A stretch of DNA of 63,825 nt, the filler included, from Welwitschia mirabilis (taxonomy: Eukaryota), in assembly GCA_051453625.1 (NCBI GenBank). It is 6 parts of one record of this genome, joined end to end, with 100 filler letters (N's around TTAATTAATTAA, not from the genome) between each part and the next. Parts side by side here need not be neighbours in the genome. Positions count along the whole stretch, not along the records: positions 1 to 29,782 come from JBOZIK010000001.1; 5 more parts are not named here. One strand, 5' to 3'. The position numbers were made by a program, and so were the translations under genes. The notes under the pieces are model-generated. The model had not been told where the DNA came from and made no database searches. It was given only the letters and a program-made list of their open reading frames with translations. Positions 1 to 13,598 of this stretch are shown in pieces. Within the stretch, counting starts at the first letter, position 1. Each line of letters begins with the position of its first letter.

Positions 1-1489
1 AAAGGTATCCAACCCCATTCCCTCCCCCCTAACAGAAGAAGCAAGACATCCTAAAGTGTACAATGAATAGAGAAGGAGTGTCATCCCTCCTTTTATGGAG
101 ATAAAAGATGTACAACAAAAGTCATCAAAATAGTTTTTTAGAGAGGGGGATGAAGCCAAAAAATATCAGTGAATTCAAAAATACTAAAAAACAGTAAAAA
201 TAGGAGAGAAACTAGAGAAGAAGTAAAGAATCAGGCTAAAAAGTGATCACATGATGGAGAAGAAAAAAGTGAGAGAAAAGGAGAATGAACTAAATGAAAA
301 GAAGTAGTACTCAAAGATACCTCAAATGTGCCTGAATGCATGAAAGGCTAGAACTCATCGGATCATAAAAACTTGCTAGAAAGAAATAACAATCCTCTAG
401 AAAACATTATGAACAAGAAACTAGAAAATGATTAGATCCATAATACGATGCTAAAAAAAGTATGAGAAATGACTTTGAAAATCCTAACAAAATAACTAAA
501 GAAAAACAAAAATGAAAATGGACAATTAGAAACGTTAAGAAGATTTCTTTATTTTCCTAAATGCTAATCGAACAAATTCCCTTAGAAATAATTATAAAAG
601 CACTTGATAATGACGCATGACATAATGTAAAAAATTATAAAGTTCCACTTGAATAGGAAATGATTATAATGATGTCAAGGATGATAATGTTATCCAACAA
701 TGAATGATAAGATAAAAAGATGTTTAAAAATAAGAACTTATAAGCTATCAAATCAAAACAAGCACTAGAATCCAAAAAGTAGAGTGATCATGTGGAAGTA
801 TAGAAATAAAGAAAAGAAATTTATTTTGCGATGATGAGAAAAGTACAAACACTATCAGAGGAGTAAGAATCCATATAGCATAACCAATTGATCCCCCCTA
901 ATAGAGTTCCCATAGCTAATATATCACCTATCAAAGGCCCCTTTTGAGAATATTTGCCCTAGTGTGCCTATAGTAGAACATCATATTTACCATTGTTTGA
1001 AAGATATAACATGAAAAGGCATGGTGTTTCTTCTTCTTCTTTTTTTATTGGTTAAAGTATCATTCCACATGAATAAATACTTGTAAGGATAAAAGTAAAG
1101 GAATAAGACAAGTAACAAAGTAGGATCCTATAAAAACAACTAATTTACTCACATTCTTGAAAGAAAACAAAAGAACCATGGCATATTCCTCTTAAAATGA
1201 AGTTTATAGACATCCAAATGTCTAAAAATTGGATGAATCCAATGTTGTTATTGAAAATGTCCAAGTAAAATATTACTCCTTATGGAAACTTTATAAATAA
1301 ATACATATGTTAAGTTAAAGATATTCAAGTGATAACATGGTGTTGACTGAAGGGATGAGTTAAGAAAGAATTTAGATAATGACAAAAGGAAGGTACTCCT
1401 CTTAAAGACGAGCTTCCAAAACAAGTGCTTTTATTATGTTCAAGATTTCATCAAGAGATGACTTATAAAGTTTTAACATCAAGAGATGA

Positions 1490-4400
1490 CTTATAAAGTT
1501 TTAACCTTTGTCCATTAACCTTTTGGATTTTTTTAGTATTTAGATCAAAGATTTTAAATGAGCCATTTGACTATACTTTTTTGATAAAATAAGAACCTAA
1601 CCACTAAAAAGTTAACTTGTTGTGTAAAAGGTGTAATCGGGTGTTATACATTAGGACAAATTGGCTAGGTTTAAAATATTTATAAATAATCTTTTTATCA
1701 TGTCAAAACTTAGCTTGATTTTTATGAATAAGTTGATAATGTAAGGCATGAGTATACTTCTCATCTAAATGGTCAAGTTGAGCTAGACATATTTTAAGAT
1801 TTTCATTCAAGTCAATAAGGTTAAGTTAATGGATGGATCAATAAGGATTATAACAAACATCAACTAGTAATACACATACTTTACCGTACACTAGTTCATA
1901 GGGTGAGAAACCTAGAGGGTTATGTCAAGTAGTAAAGTAAGCCTAAATAACATTATTAAGTTTAGAGAACTGAGACTTTTTATTAACAGAGACTAATTTT
2001 TGAAGCATTTTCTTAATCTCTCTATTTAAATTTTTAGCTTGACCATTGGTTTGAGGATGATAAGCATAAGCAATTTTATGTTCAACACCAATGAATAGAA
2101 GAATTTGTTGAAATAGATAATTAACAAAGTGAGTTTTATCATCACTAATAATAATTCATGGAAAACAAAATCATTGAAAAACATGAGTTCAAACAAAGTT
2201 TCAAGTAGTTCGGGCATTATTTTTAGTTGTAGGATAGCTTTAAACATTTAGTAACATAATCCACAGCTACTAGAATATAATTTTTCTCCTTGGAAGATGG
2301 CATAATTGGCATACAAAGTCGATTCCCCAATAATCAAAAGGTTCACATTTTAGTATGGGTTTGAGGGGTATATCATGAGAATAAGTTAGGCTACCATAGC
2401 ATTAATAAGCATCACACTTTTGAGAAAAGTTAAATGAATCCTTCATAAGAGTAAGCTAATAAAAACTAGAGTGAAGAATTTTCATGGTGGTTTTTGGCCA
2501 CTAAAGTATCCCTTATAGACTCCACCATGACAAAGTTATAAGATTTTTAATGTTTCCCATTTAGGCAAACATTTATGCATGATTTGATCTTTATGACATA
2601 AATAAAGATAAGGCTCATTCCATTCATAGTCATCTATCCTATGGAGAAAAATTTTTCATTGATTATGGTTCTAATGTTGAGGAGTTTTCATACTCACCAG
2701 GTAATTCATGATGTCAGCGTACCAAGGAGCAAGGTGAGAAGATGAGATAGCATATAGTTGTTTAATTGCAAAGAGTTATTCATCAAAAAAGGAATCATTA
2801 ATGGGAGTTTCATCATGGGAGCAAGAAAGTCAAGAGATATGATTAGCAACACTGTTATGTTTTCCAGCCTTATTAATGATGGTAAGGTTAAATTTTTGCA
2901 TTAAAAGGATCTACCTAATAAGTTTTCCACTCAAATATTTTTTAGTCATGAGATAGCAAATGGCTGCATGATCTATGTAGACATTGATATGAAAACCAAG
3001 AAGGTAATGTTAAAGATGATCTAGGTAAAAGATAATAGAAAGAATTTCTCTTATAGTGGTAGTATAGCTATATTGGGTACTTAAGAAAGTTTTACTAAGA
3101 TAAGATATAACTTTGAAACCATTTTCATGTTTTTAGTCAAGAACCCCTCCTACAACAATATTACTTTCATCACACATAAGTTTAAAGTCTTTATTCCAAT
3201 CGGGACCTATGACAATAGGTTCAAAAGAGATGTTTTCCTTAAGGGTTTTAAAAGCAAGTTGGCATGAATTAGTCCACTAGAATTTAATATCTTTTCCAAG
3301 TAAGAAGTAAAGAGGTTTACAAGTTTTAGCATAGTCATGAATGAAACATTGATGAAAAGTAACATGTCCCAAGAAAAATCTAACTTATTTGAAATTTGTT
3401 GGAGGGTTAAGGTTTTTAATGATATCTAATTTTAATGGATCCATCCTAATCCCTTCTTTTAAAATGTGATGACCTAAAACAATTCTATATTGAACAAGAA
3501 TAAAATGCTTTTTCCAATTCAAATGTAAGCCACTCTCAATACACCAATCTAGGACTTTTTCTAATATTATTATAGTTTGTTAAAAAGTGTCATTAAAAAT
3601 GGAAAATTCATTCATAAATATTTTAATAGAATCTTCTATAATATCAGAAAAGATTTTCATCATGGCTTGTTGTAAGGTTCCAGGGGCATTGCAAAGTTTA
3701 AAGGGCATTCGTTTGAAAGAAAAGATGCCAAAGGGAGATGTGAAAGTAGTTTTAGCTTGGTCTTTACTTGCTATGCAAATTTGATTATAGCCACTATATC
3801 CATCAAGAAAACAATAGTAGGCATGACATTGAATTCTATGAAGAACTTAATCAAGAAAGAGTAAAGGGTAATGATCTTTTTTAGTGACCTCATTGAGTTT
3901 TCTAAAGTTGATGCACATTTTTCATTTCCCTTCTTTCTTTTAAACCACTATTAAAGAACTAATCCACTCACTATCAGCTATGGCATATATAATTTTAGCA
4001 TCCATAAGTTTAATGGTTTTATCTTTGATGATTTATTTAAAGATCAGATTTAGTCTTCTTTAGGGTTTTCTAATAGGTTTTGCATTATCATTAAGATAGA
4101 TTTTATATTGGATGATGGAAAGAGAAATGGTGTCTAAGTCTTTATGTATCCAAGCAAAGGTATTTTCCTTTGATTTTAAGAGTGAGGTCAAATCAGATTC
4201 TTATTGAGGAGTGAAAAGATCACAGATTATTAAGAGTTTCATTTGATTTTTAGAAAGAAAAATGTATTTTAAATCTTGAGGTAATTTCTTAAGCTCATGG
4301 ATGATACCTTAGACTATTATCCCATCTGTCATGGGGATGACATATGTGGGATGATACTCTTCAAAAATGTTTTCTTTTAAGTAAATATGTTGAGATTTTT

Positions 4401-6860
4401 TTCATTCTTTGTGTTCTTCATCCTCAAACTTAAAATAGTTTATTAAGTGGGGTCATCATACAAAGTTGATTCATATAGCATGATTAATCTCTCTTCTATG
4501 GATTGATGTTGTAAAAATAAAGTTTATTTCAATTCATCTTCAATGTTAAAATTAGTTCCAATGTCTTTATCAGCAGCATTAAAGACTCTAATGATAATTT
4601 TTTTATTATCAAAATGGTATTTCATCATGCCAAATCACGTGTTAATGATACAATGGACAGTTACACAAAAGGCTCTTCCTAAAATAGTGGATATTCTCCA
4701 TCATGTGCTATCTCAATTATGACGACATCAATGAGATAAAAATCTTCCTCAATTTGGATAACTAAGTCTTTGATAATTCCTAATGGTCTTTTGATTATGG
4801 TATTGGCTAATTTTAAGATGATAAGTGTAGGTTTAACTTTGCTTTTTAACCCAAGTCTTTTACATATGTGAAGAGGCATGATATTTACACTTGCTTCTAT
4901 ATTAATCAAAGCCTTCTAAATTCTTTTATTTCCTTCTAAGGTAACACTTATAGTTACAGCCCTAGGGTCTTTGAATTTAGGAACTTTTTTTATAACTAAG
5001 TTGAAAAAATATTGGAAAAGAAAAACTTTATTAAGAATGATACATTTTTGCTTTCTTCTTACTAAATCTTTTCATAACTAAGAATATTTGGGGTTTTCTT
5101 ATAAGAGTTTCCAAAAAAAAAAGGTTGATGTTAACTTCTTGCATCAAGGTTTTCAGGTGTTCATCAAAGATAGGATTTATGTTCAATCTATCAAGCCAAG
5201 GAGTGGATGGTTTCTTTCCTTCAAATTATTCTTAGTAGAGGCCTTAGCAGGTGATGTAGAAGGAAGGTTATAAGAGTCTAAAATTTTCACATCATCCTCC
5301 TTATTTATTTCATTTTGTTTAGAAGTTAAAACTTCATGGGTAGGAGGTGTTTATTCTTTTCACTTATTGTTACTATATTTAAATCTCTCCTAACTTCATT
5401 TGAGTTGGGCATTAGTTGAGAAGCAAAAGACCCTTATTATTTTTGATTAGCAAGAATTATTTGTTGAAGCAAATTTACTAGGTTCACAATGTTGCTATTA
5501 TTTTTCTCCTACACTTTTCTCATTTCTTCTATGGATTCTATAAGGGGATAATTTAGATTTTGTTGAAAATTTGGCTGAAAGTTGGAATTCTTAAATCTAT
5601 TTTCAAATGGTTTCCATTGAGGTTGCCTATATAATCTTTGTTGAAATTGTGATTGGTTCTTAAAGCTAGGTGTTCTTTGGTTGAAGGCACACACTTCCTC
5701 AAACATCTTTTCTTTACAAGTTATTAATAAAGGACTTTTTTTTGTTGGATAAGATTCATCTTCACAAAGTTTACAATTTGAAGTTGAGGTTTTATTTCTT
5801 ACTACTTTTTCATCAATTATTATTTGAGTATACTTCTCCAAAGTAGTAGTAAAATCTTTTATCAAGTTGATTGAATCCTCCTTTTCTCCTTTCTTGTTAT
5901 GCTTTACCTCTTTTAAATCTTTTAGAATTTGTCCTACCATATAATTTTCTTTAGTGGATTTAGGCCAAGTTTGAATTATTTCTATCAAATTTTCAAGTAC
6001 ACTCCATACATCATCTAAGCTTAGTTTTAAGAAGTTAACTTCATAAGAAAAATCCACAATTTATTTTTTTGAAGCATTTAATCCACTATAAAAGTAATCT
6101 ACTGGCTCTTCTTTATAAAATTCATCAATAGGGTTGGAATGGCTAGTGATTATAAAATATTAGTAAGTTATTGGACTTGGAAGTTAGTTACCTCTTTTCT
6201 TCTCTTCCTCATAGAACTTTCACCAAAAATCTTTTAATAAATACTTCTTGCACTTGACTCCAAGATTTAAGGCTTTTATGTGGGCTAGTTTTGAGCCAAA
6301 ATTTTTCTCTTCCTCTAAGGATGATTAGAAAAATAATTATATAAGTTTGGTTACTAATATGTTTTTTCCATTTTCTAAGGGAAGCACAAGTTATTTAATG
6401 TTAGCTAAATGTTAAAAATCATCTTCCTCGAGATCCCTTGAAAAAGTTGGATAAGCCCTTAAATTTCTTAGTTTTATATTGTCTCTAGGAGGTAAATCAA
6501 AAATATTTTAAATTTCACATTTTTAATTATCAATTTAGTCCCTAAAAGTAATGTTCACATTTAAAAAAGAAGTCCCTATTATGAATGGGACATTATATGA
6601 AGAAACTTGCTTATGTTTTTGTGATGCTTTTGATATATTTAACATATTTGAAAAAACAAGATGATCACTTAATACATTATAATTTTCTTTTATAAAATCT
6701 AATTCTAAAATAGTAAAAGCAAATAAATATTCTTCTTCAATTTTGGGAATTTGTGTACCTAGGGTGTTTGTACCTAGATTTAGATCGAAGTTGAATAATC
6801 CTTATCTGATGTTTTATTTAATGAAGTTCCATTCTCTCTGATATTTTGTCTTCTTATCAA
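1490..6860 (-). pseudogene. Decayed gag-pol of copy A, with many stops and frameshifts
   Basis: Protease INIEASVNIMPL (ORF 4679-4909); RT FLDGYSGYNQI (~3780-3815) and IFMNEFSIF (~3600-3625, decayed FMDD); RNase H CDESNIVVGGVL (~3140-3175); integrase WGIDF...ILVAVDYVTK; C-terminal KVNGQRLK near 1500-1525; gag fragment ORF 5509-6057. Confidence 0.9.
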
Positions 6861-7395
6861 AATTCATTATATCCTTACATGCTCAAGTAACTAACAAAAA
6901 GACAAAATCAAAAATAGCAGACTGTCATCCACCTAGTTGTGGGGGCGATAAGAAGGAAGATAATTGTAATAAAAAAAATATGAAACTATAGAGATTCTAG
7001 CAGACTATCATCTGGACTATCGAGTGGATAACAAGAAAGATGACTATTAATTTATTTTATAGAAAAAATATTAAAAATGTAGAAAATTTTAGGACTATCA
7101 TCCTTTGGTCATGGGGACGACACATAAAATGATAATCTATTATAAAGGGAAAAACTAGGAAAAATTGCAAAAGATAGAAACTAATTTCAAAATATTGAAC
7201 TATCATGCCTAGGTCATTAGGATGATAGATAAAATAATAGTGTTCCTAAGAAGAATTGTAGAAAACAAGGTTGTAGAAATAAACCTACTTTAACCTATGC
7301 TAAAAAAACATAGTACTAATTCAAATAAATAATATGAACAAAGGATTTAAGATACTTATCTGGTTAATAAGAATCCTCTTAGCTCCTTATGGCAT

Positions 7396-7413
7396 TTTCT
7401 TGCAATGGTGCTA
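7396..7413 (-). promoter_or_regulatory. Primer binding site of copy A (tRNA-Asp type, decayed)
   Basis: Plus-strand tttcttgcaatggtgcta versus expected tccccggcaacggcgcca, 3 nt from the LTR end. Confidence 0.7.
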
Positions 7414-7416
7414 AAA

Positions 7417-7779
7417 TGTTGTGATGTCAATTTAAGCAATCCCAGAGTTTCTTTAGATAAATTGATAAATTAAATGACTTACAGAAAAACATACTTAAGT
7501 ATAGATAGTAGTTCATCCAAATGTTATAATCCAATAAAGGCACTAGGCTTAGAGTTAGAAAATTGATTTACCAAAGTATTTTTAGTCTTTTATCTTATAA
7601 AAACTAAAAGGAAATAAATAAGTAAATGTAATTCAAGATGAATGAATATGAAATGCAGTGAATGGAATGGAAATGAATCCTACTTAGATCATAGTCCTTC
7701 TATCATAAAGACTACTTTCTCTATAACTTATATCAATTAAGAAGAGCATCCACTAGTTCTTAACCAACATAAACTATGA
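7417..7779 (-). repeat. 3' part of the 5' LTR of copy A (LTR family 1), truncated by a gap
   Basis: Begins tgttgtgatg on the + strand and is colinear with 13599-13960. Confidence 0.85.
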
Positions 7780-10700
7780 NNNNNNNNNNNNNNNNNNNNN
7801 NNNNNNNNNNNNNNNNNNNNNNNNNNNNNNNNNNNNNNNNNNNNNNNNNNNNNNNNNNNNNNNNNNNNNNNNNNNNNNNTAGTTAAATTTTAATATTTTC
7901 ATTTAAATCAACAAGGTTAAGTTAATAAGTGGATCAATAAGAATTATATCAAACATCAACTGGGAACATGCACACCTTACTATAAACAAGTTCATAGGGT
8001 GAGAAACCTAGAGAGTTATGCCAAGTAGTACAGTAAGCCAAAAAAATATCATTAAGTTTAGAGGACCAAGTTTTCATATTGATAAAGAATACTTTTGAAT
8101 AATTTTTTAAATCTATTTATTTACATTTTTAGCTTGACCATTAGTTTGAGGATGATAGGCACAAGCAATTCTATGTTTAACACCAATATATAACAGATAT
8201 TTTTAAAAGAGGTGATTAATGGAATGAGTTCCTTGATCACTAATGATAATTCATGGAGAATGGAATCATTGAAAAATATGAGTTCAAATAAAGTTCTGAA
8301 TGGTTTAGGAATCATTTTTTTTAGTAAGAATAGCTTTAACCCACTTAGTAACATAATCCATAGCTATAAGGATATAATTTTTCTCATGAAAAGGTGGTGT
8401 AATTATGCCTATAAAGTCAATTCCCTAACAATAAAAGGGTTAACATTTAAGTATGAGTTTTAGGGGCATATCATGAGAATGAGTTAGGCTACCATAATAT
8501 TAACATGCATCACACTTCTTAGAAAAGTCAAATGAATCTTTAAAAAGAGTAGGTTAGTAAAAACCAAAGTGAAGAATTTTCATGATGGACTTCTAGCCAT
8601 TAAAGAATCCTTCACATACCCCACCATGATAAAGTTTTAAGATTTTTAAGGTTTTCCATTTAAACATACATTTATGCTAATTTGATCTTGACAATATCTA
8701 TAAAGATGGTGTTCATTCCATTCATAGTCATCAATCCTATGCAGAAAAGTTTTGCATTAACTATGGGTTCAAAACTGAGGAGTTTTCATAGTCACAAGGT
8801 AATTTAAGATGTTAGCATACCCAGGAGTACGATGAGAAGATGAGATATCATATAGTTATTTACTTGCAAAGATTTTCTCATTAGAAAAAAATCATTAATA
8901 AGAGTTTCATCATGAGAGCTAGAAAGTCGAGAAAGATTATCAGTAATACTATTATATTTTTTAGCCTTATCAATGATGGTAAGATTAAATTCTTACATTA
9001 TAAGGATCCACCTAATACATTTGGCATTTGAATCTTTTTTAGTCATGAGATAGGGAATGTCTACATGATCTGTGTAAATATTGATATAAAAACTAAGAAT
9101 ATAATATCTAAGATGATCTAAGAAAAAGATAATAGCAAGAATATCTCTATGTGGTACTATAGTTAGATTGGAAACTTAAAAAAGTTTTTCTAATATAATA
9201 TATGACTTTAAAACCATTTTCATATTTTTAGCTAAGAACTCCTCCTACAACAATGTTGCTTACATCACACATAAGTTCAAAGTCTTTATTCCAACCAAGA
9301 TCCATGACAATAGGTTCAAGAGAGATGTTTTTCTTAAGGGTTTCAAAAGCAAGTTGGCATGAATCAGTCCACTCGAATTTAACATCATTTTCAAGTAAAA
9401 AGTGAAGAGGTTTATAAGTTTTAGCATAGTCATGAATGAATCATCAATAAAACCCAGCATGTCCAAGGAAAGATCTAACTTATTTAACATTAGTTGAAGA
9501 GTTAAGGTTTTTAATGATGTCTACTTTTATGGAGTCCATCCTACTCCCTTCTTTTAAAATATGATAACCTAAAACAATTGCATGTTGGACAAGAAAAAAA
9601 CTCTTTTTCTAGATTAAGTGTAAACCACTTTTAATACATTGATTAATGAATTTTTCTAATCTCATTATAGTTTGTTCAAAACTATCATTAAAGATGGAGA
9701 AGTCATCCATAAAAATTTTAATAGAATTTTCTATCATATTAGAAAAAATCCCATTATGTCTCTTTGAAAGGTCCTAGGGGCATTGCAATGTCTAAAGGAC
9801 ATTCATTTAAAAGAAAGGCTTAAAAAGAAGATGTCAAAGTAGTTTTAACTTGGTCTTCACTTCCTATGAAAATTTGATTATAGCCACTATACCCATCATG
9901 AAAACAATAGTAGGAATAACCTTGGATTCTATCAAGAACTTGATCAAGAAAATGATTCTTTTTTGTAACCTCATTGATTTTTCTAAAGTCAATGCACATT
10001 TTCCATTTCCATTCTTCCTTTGGAATAACCCACTCACTATCAGCTATGGCATATATAATTCTAGCATTTATAAGTTTAATGATTTCATCTATGATGATTT
10101 GTTTAAGGATCATATTTAGTCTTCTTTAGGGTTGCTTAATAGATTTGACATTATCTTCAAGATAGATTTTATGTTGAACTATAAAAAAAGAAATGGCATC
10201 TAAGTCTTTATGTATCTAAGCAAAGGCATTTTTCTTTGATTTTAAGGGTCAAGTTAAATCCGATTCTTATTGAGAAGTAATAAGATCACTAATTATCAAG
10301 GGTTTTATTTGATTTCTAGAAAAAAAATGTATTTTAGACCTTGTAGTAATTTCTTAAGTTCATGGATGATATGATGGGCTATCTTCTCATCTGTCGAGGG
10401 GAAGGCCAACGTGGGACAACACTCTTCAAAACATATTTCTCTTGAGTAAAGATGTTGAGCTTTCTTCCATTCTTGATGTTCTTCATTCTTAAAATCAAGA
10501 CAGTTTGTTTTAGTGGGGTCATCATACAAAGTTGGTTTATGTAGCATTATTAATCTCTCTTCTTTTGGTCGATGTTATAAAAATAAGGTTGGTTTCAATT
10601 CATATTTAATGTTAAAATTAGTTTCTATGTATTTCTCAATAGCATCAAAGACTTTAATGGTAATTTCTTTATTGTCAAAATGGTATCTTATCATGTTAGA

Positions 10701-13577
10701 ACATGTGTTAATGATGCAATGAACAGTTGCATAAAAGGCTCTTCCTAAAAGTACTAGATATCCTCCATCATGTTCTATCTTAATTATGACAACATCAATA
10801 GGATAAAAGGCTTTCTCAGTTTGGATAACTATATCTTTGATAATTCCTAATGGTTTCTTGATTAAAGTATCAACTAATTCCAAAATGATAGGTGTAGGTT
10901 CAACTCTGCTTTCTAACCCAAGTCTTTTAGATATGTGAAGAGGCATGATGTTTACACTTGTACCTATGTTAATTAAAGCCTTTTAAATTCTTTTGTTTTC
11001 TTCTAAGATAACACTAACAATTGCAGCCTTGGGATCTTTGAATAGGACATTTTTTCATGACTAAGTTGGAAAGAGATTAGGCAAGAAAAACTTTGCTAGG
11101 AATGATACGTTTTTTCTTTCTTCTTACTAAATCTTTCCACAACTTAGAATATTTGGGATTTTCTTGCAATAGTTTCCAAAAGGGTAGTTAATATTGACTT
11201 TTTACATCAAGGCTTTCAGGTGTTTATCAGACATAGGATTTGTGTTTAATCTATCAAGCCACAGGGTGAATGATTTCTTTTCTTTATTTTCCTTTGAATT
11301 CTTTTTAATGGAGACCTTTGCAGGTGATGTAGATGGAAGGTTATAAGAGTTTAAAATTTACACATCATCTTCCTCATTTGTTCATTAATTTATTTGGAAG
11401 TTAAAACCTCATAGGTAGGATATGTCGTATCTTTTCCCCTTCTTGTTACTATTTTTAAGTCTCTCCTAACTTCATTGGGGTTGGGCATTGATTAAGACAC
11501 AAGAGACCCTTGTGGTCTTTGATTGACAAGCATTGTTTGTTGAAACACATTTACTAGGTTCTCAATTTTGCTATTAGTTTTATCCTGTATTTTTCTCATC
11601 TCTTCCATGGATTCCCTAAGGGGATCATTCAAATTTTATTGAAAATTAGATTAAAAGTTGAAATTCTTGAATCTATTTTTAAATGGTTTCCATTAAGATT
11701 GCCCACTTGATTTTTGTTGGAATGATGGTTAGTTTTTAAAATTAGGTGCTCTTTTGTTGAGGGCACACACTTCCTCAAAAATATTTTCTTTGCAAGTTAG
11801 TAACAAAGGACATTCTTTTATTGGATGAGAGTCATCTTAACAAAGTTCACAATTTGAAGTTGAGGTTTCATTCCTTATGACTTTTGCATCAACTATTATT
11901 TGAGTGTACTTATCCAAAGGAGTAGTAAAATATTTTATTAAGTTGGTTGAATTCTCCCTTTCTTCTTCCTTATCATGCTTCACTTCTTTTAAATCTTTCA
12001 GAATTTGTCCTATCATACGATTTTCTTTAGTGGGTTTAGGCTAAGTTTGACTTATTTCTACCAAATTTTCAAGCACACTTCATGCATCATCTAGGCTTAA
12101 AATCAACAAGTTTTCTCCACAAGAAAAATGTATAAGGGGTTTTGTTAAAGTATTTAATCCACTATAAAAATAATCTATTAGCTCTTCTTTATGAAATTCA
12201 TCAATAGGATTGGAATGGCTAGTAATTATAAAATGTTCATAAGCTATTGCCTTATCCTCATGAGTTTATTGTTGAAAGTTAGTTACTTTTTTTCATCTCT
12301 TACTCATGGAACTCTCACTCAAAAATCTTTTAATAAATACTTCTTGCACTTGATTTCAAGATTTAAGTCTTTTGTATGGAATGATTTTGAGCCAAAATTT
12401 TGCTCTTCCTCTAAGGATGACTAGAAAAATAATCATGTAAGTTTGGTCACTAATATGTTTTTTTCCATTTTACAAGGTAAGCATAAGTTATTCAATGTTA
12501 ATTAAATTTTGAAAAGGATTTTTTTATGATTTCCCCAAAAAAGTTAGTTAAGAAATTAAATTTCTTAGTTCTACATCATCTCTAGGAGGTAAATCAAAAT
12601 GATTTTAAATTTCATGTTTTCTATTAATAATTAAATCCCTAAGAGTAACATTCACATTTGATGAATTACAATGTTTTTGATACATTTGACATATTTGAAG
12701 AAATAAGATGATTGATTTCTACACTATAACTTTCTTTTGCAAAAGCTAATTCTAAAACAATAAAAGTAGAAAAACATTCTTCTTTAATTTTGGAAATTTG
12801 TGTACCTAGGGTGTGCGTACCTAGATTTAGCTAAAAGTTAAATAGTTCTTCTTTGATGTTTCTTTAATGAGGTTTTATTCTCTCTAATATTTTGTCTTCT
12901 TATCAAAATTAACCATATCCCTACATGCTGAAATAACTAATAAAAAGGAAAAATCAAAAATAGTAGACTGTCATTCACCTGGTCATGGGAATGACAAGAA
13001 GGATGACAATCATAGTAAATGAAAATCCAAAACTATAGAAATTCTCACAGACTATTGTCTGGACTATCATGTGGATAACAGGAAGGATGATAGTTAATTT
13101 ATTTTATGGAAAAAAAATTAAAAATGTAGAAAAATTTCAGGACTATCCTTCTTTTGATCATAGGGACAATAGACAAAACATAGTTTATAAATAAAAATAG
13201 AGAAAATTTGTGAAAAATATAAACTAATTATAAAGTATTAAACTATCATGCCCTATGTCATTAGGACGACAGAGAAAATGATAGGGTCCCTAAGAAAAAT
13301 TATAGAAAATAAAGCTATAGAAATAAACTTAATTTAATCTATGATAGAAAAATATAGCACTAATTCAAGAACATGATTAGAAGCTATCAATGTGCTAACA
13401 CCTACCTCCATTTCCAATTAATTCTTGGTGGAATTTTTTTTAGAAAATAAAGCTATAGAAATAAACTTAATTTAACCTATGGTAGAAAAATATAGCACTA
13501 ATTCAAATAAATAACTTGCATAGAGGATTCAAGATTCTTATCTAATAAATGATAATCCTCTTAGATCCTTATGGCCT

Positions 13578-13595
13578 TCCCCGATAATGATGCCA
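13578..13595 (-). promoter_or_regulatory. PBS of copy B (complement of the tRNA-Asp 3' end)
   Basis: tccccgataatgatgcca matches tccccggcaacggcgcca at 13 of 18 positions, and all differences are transitions. Confidence 0.85.
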
Positions 13596-13598
13596 ACA

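Larger units (their letters stand above)
1..7779 (-). mobile_element. Athila-type Ty3/Gypsy LTR retrotransposon, copy A: partial 5' LTR, PBS, 5' UTR, decayed gag-pol and 3' region running off the window
   Basis: Minus-strand order is LTR, PBS, gag, protease, RT, RNase H, integrase. The PBS resembles TGGCGCCGTTGCCGGGGA. No chromodomain follows the integrase. Confidence 0.9.

Noticed and set aside
3587..3784. Plus-strand ORFs opposite pol (also 8212-8463, 9850-10119, 10513-10722, 12191-12424)
   Set aside because: They are antisense shadows of the decayed pol frame and are not kept intact between A and B.
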